Part shown: positions 57,279 through 64,000 of the stretch, piece by piece | Layout: each line of letters starts with the position of its first letter | How positions within the stretch are numbered: position 1 is the stretch's first letter | NCBI GenBank assembly: GCA_016206155.1 | Contig: JACQSC010000001.1 | Span: 5,105 to 69,104 of the forward strand | Reading direction: 5' to 3' | Origin: Candidatus Uhrbacteria bacterium | Lineage (GTDB): Bacteria; Patescibacteriota; Patescibacteriia; JACQRZ01 | DNA: 64,000 bases | The notes under the pieces: model-generated | What the model saw: the letters and a program-made list of their open reading frames with translations, nothing else | Database searches by the model: none | What the model was told of the DNA's origin: nothing | Made by a program: the position numbers and the translations under genes

Positions 57279-58835
57279 ATGAAGTATTATTTAACCACAC
57301 CCATCTACTATATCAACGACAAGCCGCATATCGGACACGCATATACCACGATCGTATCCGATATTTTGGCGCACTATCATCGCCTCCGCGGCGCGGATGT
57401 GTTTTTTTTGACCGGTGTTGATGAAAACAGCCTCAAGAACATTGAGGCGGCAGAGAAGCTAGGGATGGGAGATCGCATCCAAGAGTATCTGGATATGCAG
57501 TCCGCGCTATGGAAGCAAACATGGGACTCGCTCGGTATTACCTATACTGATTTCATTCGTACCACAGAGGAGCGGCACAAACAGGGAGTGGAGAAATTCT
57601 GGAAGAGAGTGCGGGAGAACGGTGATATTTACAAAGGCACCTACGAAGGATTCTACTGCGTGGGATGCGAGGCGTTCATTCGCGAGACGGATCTGGTGGA
57701 TGGTAAGTGCCAGCATCATGATAAAGAGCCAAAGAAATTGATTGAGGAGAATTACTTTTTTGCCCTATCGAAATACCGTGAACGCCTCCTTGCATATATT
57801 GAACAGAATCCTGACTTTGTCCAACCGCAGAGCCGGCGAAACGAAATCGTCAATTACATTCGCGATCACCTCGAGGACGTAAGCATCTCGCGGCAAAGCA
57901 TGAAGTGGGGCATTCCGGTGCCCGGAGATCCGGAACAGGTGGTCTATGTGTGGTTTGACGCACTTATCAACTATCTCACTGGAATTGGTTATGGATGGGA
58001 TGACGAACTCTTTGCGCGGTACTGGCCTGCCGATCTGCATCTCGTCGGGAAGGAAATTATCAAATTCCACTGCGCGCTATGGCCGGCGATGCTGATGTCT
58101 GCCGGCATTTCTCTGCCTGCCCGCGTCTTCGCGCATGGGTTTTTTACCATCGATGGACAGAAGATGAGCAAGTCACTGGGCAATGCCATTGATCCGGTGG
58201 AGATTGCAAAGGTGCATGGCATGGACGCGATGCGGTATTTTCTCCTGCGCGAGGTTCCGTTTGGCGGCGATGGTGATTTTTCCTACGAGCGGTTCAGCAA
58301 GCGCTATGAGTCCGATCTCTCAAAAGGTGTTGGGAACTTTGTCAGCCGCGTGCTGGCGATGGCGGAGAAAATGGTGTCAGGTTCCATTTCCGAAAAAATG
58401 GAACCTGACACCATTTTCTCACAGGGGATCTCCGATCAGGTCGGGGATGACAGCATACATGAACGTGTTCAAGAGGTGTGGCAAGAATACGAGGAGACAT
58501 TTGATCGGATTCGGCCCGATGAGGCGCTCGATGCTGTTTGGCGCCTTATTTCCTTTGGCGATAAATATATTGAAGAGAAAAAACCCTGGGCCATTCTCAA
58601 GGGGAATACAGAGGAGTATACTAAGATTATTGGAATACTCTTGGAGCTCGTCCGCCACGTGAGCTTGTTGTTGTATCCTTTTATGCCTGAGACGGCCCTG
58701 AAGGTCTGGCGTTCGCTGGGTGTTGAGGAACCTCATAAGGAGCAGTATCTGGCAAAGCTTAAAGAGTGGAGGGCTGTTCCAATTACCAAGATTGAGCGAG
58801 GGGAAGCGCTGTTTCCACTAAACCCTAAACCCTAA
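57279..58835 (+). CDS. metG: Methionyl-tRNA synthetase (short form)
   Basis: PHIGHAY, YVWFDAL.NY, KMSKSLGN. Confidence 0.96.
   Translation: MKYYLTTPIYYINDKPHIGHAYTTIVSDILAHYHRLRGADVFFLTGVDENSLKNIEAAEKLGMGDRIQEYLDMQSALWKQTWDSLGITYTDFIRTTEERHKQGVEKFWKRVRENGDIYKGTYEGFYCVGCEAFIRETDLVDGKCQHHDKEPKKLIEENYFFALSKYRERLLAYIEQNPDFVQPQSRRNEIVNYIRDHLEDVSISRQSMKWGIPVPGDPEQVVYVWFDALINYLTGIGYGWDDELFARYWPADLHLVGKEIIKFHCALWPAMLMSAGISLPARVFAHGFFTIDGQKMSKSLGNAIDPVEIAKVHGMDAMRYFLLREVPFGGDGDFSYERFSKRYESDLSKGVGNFVSRVLAMAEKMVSGSISEKMEPDTIFSQGISDQVGDDSIHERVQEVWQEYEETFDRIRPDEALDAVWRLISFGDKYIEEKKPWAILKGNTEEYTKIIGILLELVRHVSLLLYPFMPETALKVWRSLGVEEPHKEQYLAKLKEWRAVPITKIERGEALFPLNPKP
58365..58452. repeat. Two adjacent in-frame palindromic repeats in metG
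   Basis: GAGAAAATGGTGTCAGGTTCCATTT...AAATGGAACCTGACACCATTTTCTC (58365-58420), then GGGGATCTCCGATCAGGTCGGGGATGACA. Confidence 0.85.
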
Positions 58836-58846
58836 CCCCTGTTTTT

Positions 58847-59578
58847 ATGACCACCCTTGATCTCATCTTCCTCGTCATCCTCTGCGTCTTTTTTGTCATC
58901 GGCTTTACCCGAGGGTTGATTAAGCAGGTCGGGTCGCTCTTGGGGTATTTTGTCGCACTGTGGGCGGCAAATATGTATCATGGACCGGTGACCGAGTACA
59001 TTAAAACAGGGCTCACGAACTGGCAGCCGTTTTTGGCAGGACCCCTGTCTGTCGTTTTGGGCTACGTCGGCGCATATATTCTTGCCTATTTTTTGTGGCA
59101 CCTTCTTATCAATATTATTGATGGTGCATTTCGCCTGTTTTCAATCGTCCCCTTACTGAACATGACAAATCGTTTGGGTGGTGCGGCGGTCGGCCTTGCC
59201 GAGGGGGTGTTGCTTCTTGCGGCGGGCGTGTATATTTTTTCAACGTTTCCGCTTTCAAGCGATATTACCGCAACGATCAAGCGATCCCAGCTCGTTCCTG
59301 TTTTTGATGGCGTGGTGACGCTCGTCAAACCACTTTTGCCATCGGTTATTGAGCAGGGTCCGAAGCTGTTTGATCTCAAGAATATTCAAAATCTCAAACT
59401 GCCCGCGAATGTACAGGGCGAGATTGATATCACCAAACTTAACCCGCAAGAGATTCGTGAGTATATGAAGCAGCTCGGTATTACCGAAAAGGATCTGCCG
59501 CCCGAGATCGGACAGTTGCTGAGGGAAGCGGAGAAAAAGTTAAAAAAAGAGGAGAAGAATTTTAAACTTAAACCGTAA
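58847..59578 (+). CDS. CvpA family membrane protein
   Basis: LDLI......IGFTRGLIKQ and NRLGGA..GL.EG motifs. Confidence 0.85.
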   Translation: MTTLDLIFLVILCVFFVIGFTRGLIKQVGSLLGYFVALWAANMYHGPVTEYIKTGLTNWQPFLAGPLSVVLGYVGAYILAYFLWHLLINIIDGAFRLFSIVPLLNMTNRLGGAAVGLAEGVLLLAAGVYIFSTFPLSSDITATIKRSQLVPVFDGVVTLVKPLLPSVIEQGPKLFDLKNIQNLKLPANVQGEIDITKLNPQEIREYMKQLGITEKDLPPEIGQLLREAEKKLKKEEKNFKLKP

Positions 59579-59584
59579 AAAAAT

Positions 59585-59842
59585 ATGTCAAACGCGACAT
59601 TGGAACGAGAATCACAAGAGGGTGAAAAAACCGTCGATGAACTTATTGAAGATTTGCGCCAAATGAAAATTGAACATGACGATACAGGCGCAACGCCGTA
59701 CCCCAAAATTATTCGCGAGATAGCAGAGTGTGCGACGGGCGTGATGAACGAGAAGCGCATGAAACTCTATTCGACATGGAGCGATGATGATTTTCAAAAG
59801 GTACTCGATGCGCTTGAGGAAGATTTGTTGAGCGGGGAGTAA
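59585..59842 (+). CDS. Small acidic hypothetical protein
   Basis: 85-aa ORF in a packed operon. Confidence 0.55.
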   Translation: MSNATLERESQEGEKTVDELIEDLRQMKIEHDDTGATPYPKIIREIAECATGVMNEKRMKLYSTWSDDDFQKVLDALEEDLLSGE

Positions 59843-59849
59843 GCGCGGT

Positions 59850-60722
59850 ATGCGACTGATCGACACGCATTGCCATATTCAATTCGATGCGTATGACAAT
59901 GACCGCGATGCTGTCATTCATTCATGTGCAGAAAAAGAGATCGGATTGATGGTTGTCGGCTGTGACGAGAAGAGCAGCCGTGACGCGCTGGCGCTTGTTG
60001 AAAAAATGGGGTCAGGGATAATAGGGATAATGGGGTCAGGAGCCATTAATTTAATGGCTCCTGACCCCATTATCGACTGGTGCAGCGTGGGTCAGCATCC
60101 GACAGATAGCGGTCAGACCTTTGACTATAAAACATTTTACAATCTCGCGCGCAGTTCGAAAAAAGTACGCGCAATAGGGGAATGCGGGCTTGATTATTAC
60201 CATCTCGATGGTTTAGGGGACAGGGTTCAGGGTACAGAAAGACAGAAGGATTTATTTTTTCAGCATCTGAACCTCGCGCACGAATTGAATCTGCCGCTCA
60301 TCATTCATTGCAGAGACGCACACGATGATATGATTGAGATACTCGTTCATCGGTTTGGGATTGCAGACACCGTTTCTGCTGACACCGTTTCAACCCGCGA
60401 ACATGGAGTTCTGCACTGTTTCACCGGTACGGCGCGCGACGCGCAAAGCTATCTTGATTTGGGCTTTATGATTTCATTTACCGGCATCATCACCTTTACC
60501 GATCAGTATGATGACGTTGTGCGAACAGTACCGTTGGAAAAGATGCTTGTTGAAACCGATGCGCCATTCCTCGCGCCGGTCCCTCATCGCGGAAAACGCA
60601 ACTTCCCTGAGTACGTCGAGTATATCGCGCGTCGTATCGCAGAAATCAAAGACATTCCCTACGAAGAGGTCGCTCGCGTGACAACAGAAAACGCCAAACG
60701 ATTGTTCGGATTAACATTGTGA
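59850..60722 (+). CDS. tatD: TatD family deoxyribonuclease, with repeat-derived insertions
   Basis: IDTHCH, GQHP, IGECGLDY, IHCR, LHCF, ETDAPFL. Confidence 0.95.
   Translation: MRLIDTHCHIQFDAYDNDRDAVIHSCAEKEIGLMVVGCDEKSSRDALALVEKMGSGIIGIMGSGAINLMAPDPIIDWCSVGQHPTDSGQTFDYKTFYNLARSSKKVRAIGECGLDYYHLDGLGDRVQGTERQKDLFFQHLNLAHELNLPLIIHCRDAHDDMIEILVHRFGIADTVSADTVSTREHGVLHCFTGTARDAQSYLDLGFMISFTGIITFTDQYDDVVRTVPLEKMLVETDAPFLAPVPHRGKRNFPEYVEYIARRIAEIKDIPYEEVARVTTENAKRLFGLTL
60026..60074. repeat. In-frame REP-like palindrome in tatD
   Basis: GATAATGGGGTCAGGAGCCATTA-ATT-TAATGGCTCCTGACCCCATTATC, preceded by a partial duplicate arm. Confidence 0.85.
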
Positions 60723-60731
60723 TAAATATCT

Positions 60732-62318
60732 ATGAAAGAAAGCAGTATTAAAGGGCCGTTTCAGCCAGTGGATTCGGGGATTTTTATCGATGAAACAGCC
60801 GAAGCAGCACCACGGCGAGTCAGACGTTCGATCGATCAGAAACAGGGGGGTGAACCGGCACAACCGAGCGTACCTCCCGATACGGAGGAAACAGAGCTCT
60901 TGCCCGGAGAAGAAGAGTATGCGCGCCTCATGACCATTCACCTAAAAGAGCCGAAGCCATTTCCAAAGAATACGGAAGAATTGCGCGCAAGCATGTTTCC
61001 AAAGCTGGAAGAATTGAATAAGCAGATCAGACCTGAGGATAAGCGCCTTTCTGACAAAATTGAATTTTACCCAAAAGCAAAAAAATTGTTTACCAGCAAT
61101 GATGATCCGCTTCACGATGATGCGCTCATAACATATGCCGATCAATTATACCGCACCTATCTGCGCGGGCATTCTTTGCGTGAGGCCATCTATAACATTT
61201 TTCTTCTCCTCAATATTCATAATACGATTGCGATATCGATTGGAAAAGTGCCGAAGATACGAGTCCAGATGCTCGGATCCGCCATTGCCGATTCATTATT
61301 AATCCATCATGACATAACGCCAGAACAATTGTCTGAAATTGACACCATTATGCGGGGCGTCGGCGGAGTGCTTGGCGAAGGATTTAAAGAAATTGTAAGG
61401 AATAGAATCGGGGATTATGTAAAGGTGCGTTCGTATGCCGAGCAATTGCGCGGCAAATTAGCCGAACATCATGAGTCCTTGTCCACCCTACAGCCAGAGC
61501 TCCAGCAGATGAGCGGTGAATTCATGGAACAAATCCGTAGCCTTCGGAAATACGGGATAAAGTCATCTTATTATCAGGATGGGTTTTTGCACGCTGATGC
61601 TGATGCGTGGGTGATAACGGATATCAATGACATCATTTCTGGAAGCCAATCGCGGCGCGGTATTGTTGCGCTGATATCGCTTTCCAACAGGGAGGATCTG
61701 GTAAAGGCCGGCGAGTTGCGTTATGACTTGAAAACGGATGCGGTGTCACGCCGATACGAATCGTCATATCCGGCTGGCGCTCCTTTTTTCCTAAAGTGGG
61801 ACGGGGAATTGTATGATAATGCGCCCGATCGCCATCTTTCCGCTCAGGAAATTTTTCAGCGAGTCGGAGCCGAAATTGAATATGAGATTGTTCGCGCTTC
61901 CTTTCTTGCCAGAATCCATGATCTGGTTGTTCCGCTGGAATTGACGCGAACGCTTCCGCCGATTGACGACCTTGGACAGGCATTTAGCCAGCGTTCCGGC
62001 GAGGGCCGCGATCCTGAAGACATTGCCACGGTGATACGAAAGATTTTTTTGCCTCGTATCCGCTTACATGCGGATGATCGTGTTCGAAAGCTGCTTGATG
62101 ACGATGTTGCGCAGCGGAGCCATTCCGTACGCGAACACGATGTGACTGCATTCACGCGCGAACTGCCGGTTGGCTGCCACCCGAGTCCGCAGGCGGTTGC
62201 ACTTGCTCGGGAATATAATTTTATTTTGGATCCACAGGGAAATCGCACGTTCGTTCGGCCCCATACGCGCGGCACAGGTGGTGCGGGTTTTATTTATGAA
62301 CAGAAAGACACATCTTGA
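60732..62318 (+). CDS. Hypothetical protein (528 aa)
   Basis: Long ORF; C-terminal 'HSVREH.V..F.R...FVRPHTRG' motif. Confidence 0.75.
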   Translation: MKESSIKGPFQPVDSGIFIDETAEAAPRRVRRSIDQKQGGEPAQPSVPPDTEETELLPGEEEYARLMTIHLKEPKPFPKNTEELRASMFPKLEELNKQIRPEDKRLSDKIEFYPKAKKLFTSNDDPLHDDALITYADQLYRTYLRGHSLREAIYNIFLLLNIHNTIAISIGKVPKIRVQMLGSAIADSLLIHHDITPEQLSEIDTIMRGVGGVLGEGFKEIVRNRIGDYVKVRSYAEQLRGKLAEHHESLSTLQPELQQMSGEFMEQIRSLRKYGIKSSYYQDGFLHADADAWVITDINDIISGSQSRRGIVALISLSNREDLVKAGELRYDLKTDAVSRRYESSYPAGAPFFLKWDGELYDNAPDRHLSAQEIFQRVGAEIEYEIVRASFLARIHDLVVPLELTRTLPPIDDLGQAFSQRSGEGRDPEDIATVIRKIFLPRIRLHADDRVRKLLDDDVAQRSHSVREHDVTAFTRELPVGCHPSPQAVALAREYNFILDPQGNRTFVRPHTRGTGGAGFIYEQKDTS

Positions 62319-62396
62319 CCCCATTATCCTTAACACCAATTTCAAATTGACCGCCATGCGTGTTCGTGGTAATCTTACAAAAGCACCATTCATGAT

Positions 62397-63263
62397 ATGG
62401 TAGAACACACAACCGAAAAACTGAAAACATATTTTGAAAAACGCGACGATGTACTGTTGGCGTTTCTTTTTGGTTCTCGTGGCACGGGACTGACACGCCC
62501 ATCATCAGACTGGGATATTGCGGTGTATCTCACACCACGTCAATGGGGTGAGCTGGAAACGAAACATGAATATCAAGGTGAATCTGATATTCGCGCCGAT
62601 GTTGAGCGATTAGTATCAGCCGACGTTGACCTTGCTGTGCTTAATCGCGCGCGCCCCTCATTGGTTTTTTCGATATTGAATTCCGGTCTGCCGCTTGCGC
62701 TCAAAGACATGCGCCTGTATCTCACACTTCTTTCCCGCACTCATTATGATGCCGTTGACTATTGGAATTTTGTCCAGGAATATCGAACACTCTATGAACG
62801 GGCACAATCACTTGCACCAGAAGCGCGAGCGCTTCTTCTTGAGCATCTTACCTTTCTTGAGAACGAACTTGAGGACGCAGAAAAATTTTCTCACATCACC
62901 TACAAGGAGTATCAAGAAAAAAGAGATACCCGACGGAACATCGAGCGGTGGATTGAAAACTGCGTGATGAGCGCGCTTGACATCGCAAAGGTTATTCTCG
63001 CATCAGAAAAAAGGGATGTTCCGCAAACATATAAAGATATGCTCCGTGAGTTTGGGGCGCTGCTTGTTTCCGAGGAATTTGGGGAAGCATTTTCGGAGTA
63101 TGCCTCGTTGCGCAACATCCTTGCGCATGAATATATGGATCTTCGCTGGGAACGTATTGAGGGATTCGCGCGCAATGCGACCCCTCTCTATTCCAAATTT
63201 ACTTCAGCGGTTAAAACATATCTCTCCGATCAGCACAACGCTCCGGGCGGTATGGTTGAATAA
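62397..63263 (+). CDS. Fused MNT nucleotidyltransferase-HEPN (DUF86) protein
   Basis: FGSRGTGLTRPSSDWD (GSx10DxD) and C-terminal RNILAHEY (Rx4H-x-Y). Confidence 0.85.
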   Translation: MVEHTTEKLKTYFEKRDDVLLAFLFGSRGTGLTRPSSDWDIAVYLTPRQWGELETKHEYQGESDIRADVERLVSADVDLAVLNRARPSLVFSILNSGLPLALKDMRLYLTLLSRTHYDAVDYWNFVQEYRTLYERAQSLAPEARALLLEHLTFLENELEDAEKFSHITYKEYQEKRDTRRNIERWIENCVMSALDIAKVILASEKRDVPQTYKDMLREFGALLVSEEFGEAFSEYASLRNILAHEYMDLRWERIEGFARNATPLYSKFTSAVKTYLSDQHNAPGGMVE

Positions 63264-63297
63264 CGTATAATCGGACGTATAATCGTCCGATTATACG
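63264..63297 (+). promoter_or_regulatory. Perfect 14-bp inverted repeat flanking a TATAAT box
   Basis: CGTATAATCGGACG-TATAAT-CGTCCGATTATACG. Confidence 0.7.
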
Positions 63298-63307
63298 CAG
63301 ACATCGC

Positions 63308-63496
63308 ATGAAAACACAAACATTCGTTCGTAAATTGCAGAAAATCAGCTCGCACTCTTATGTGATCAATGTTCCAAAAACATTCATTGATCACTTCGGG
63401 TGGAAGGAGCATCAAAAACTCACCCTCTCGCTTGGAGAGCGCAAACGCGGCATTCGCCTTGCGGATTTTGCGCCTCGAAGAACATCAAAAATATGA
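63308..63496 (+). CDS. AbrB/MazE/SpoVT-like DNA-binding protein
   Basis: VRKLQK...SYVINVPK..I..FGW...QKL. Confidence 0.7.
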   Translation: MKTQTFVRKLQKISSHSYVINVPKTFIDHFGWKEHQKLTLSLGERKRGIRLADFAPRRTSKI

Positions 63497-63665
63497 GTGG
63501 AGAATTGAATACGATCGTCAAGGGAAACACTATGTGGCAACGCAAGTATGGACAGTTCAAGATAGGAAGATACATGTTCTTACATTCACCGCGCTTTCTG
63601 GCGAAATTCACGATCTCTATTATCCAGTGTTTATGAACATGGTGCAGACGTTTGAGCTTTTTTAG
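63490..63665 (+). pseudogene. C-terminal remnant of a PsbP/DcrB-like protein
   Basis: 'QVWTVQDRKIHVLTFTA...F..MVQTF' resembles the end of 2925-3476; no start. Confidence 0.4.
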
Positions 63666-63756
63666 AATCAATCAGACCAACAGCAAGACCATTGTTTTTT
63701 GTTGAGTTTCGTATCTCGCCGGTGTATACTATAAGGGTTAATCATTTTTTATTTCT

Positions 63757-64000
63757 ATGGAACAGCAGCAGCCATCCAAGGGAGCGGCAACGTCCGTCCC
63801 TTTGGCAACAGGATCAAAACGTCCGGTTTTGATCACAATCTTGGCAGTGTTATCGTTTATCGGATACCCATTGGTATTCATCAATGTCCTCAATCCGCTC
63901 GCAAGCGCTCTTTTTGTGCCGCTCTACGGTTCATTCTATCTTCCAATCATGGCGGTAATGTCTGCACTGGGATTTATAGGGTTTATCGGGTTGTGGCAAA
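63757..64000 (+). CDS. Membrane protein (partial at window edge)
   Basis: ATG after a TATACT -10; KRPVLITILAVL...; open to the window end. Confidence 0.6.
   Translation, partial: MEQQQPSKGAATSVPLATGSKRPVLITILAVLSFIGYPLVFINVLNPLASALFVPLYGSFYLPIMAVMSALGFIGFIGLWQ

Noticed and set aside
1-64000. Alternative genetic code (TGA read-through), prophage, retron or DGR
   Set aside because: Conserved genes end correctly at TGA and are uninterrupted; no phage structural, integrase or reverse transcriptase motifs were recognised.

Overview
A 64-kb chromosomal window from a small-genome bacterium, very likely Patescibacteria/CPR. This is an inference from the gene set, the sparse Shine-Dalgarno usage and a repeated 'GRILLQVE..GEAWY.NP..KRYFL.RP..AF..MR..GLG' module; the standard genetic code is used. 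Almost all genes lie on the + strand. Housekeeping genes include galE, an mgtA-like ATPase, thyX, tsaC, corA, ileS, cmk, uvrB/A/C, a Dus enzyme, metG and tatD. There are also several toxin-antitoxin loci, a ~3,700-aa surface protein and many gene remnants. Three features are not explained by ordinary annotation. (1) Between uvrA and uvrC an atypical tRNA-like RNA lies in tandem with a small promoter/terminator-bounded RNA whose 5' 16 nt are perfectly complementary to its anticodon-like arm. (2) Four leader-peptide/attenuator cassettes (15.9-22.2 kb) control strong-SD orphan ORFs and Pro/Arg/His micro-peptides. (3) A REP-associated tyrosine transposase has terminal GGTGTCAG palindromes. Related palindromes and other short repeats are inserted in frame inside housekeeping proteins (peptidase T-like, IleRS, UvrB, UvrC, Dus, MetRS, TatD). 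All functional calls come from motif recognition by eye; no searches were run.
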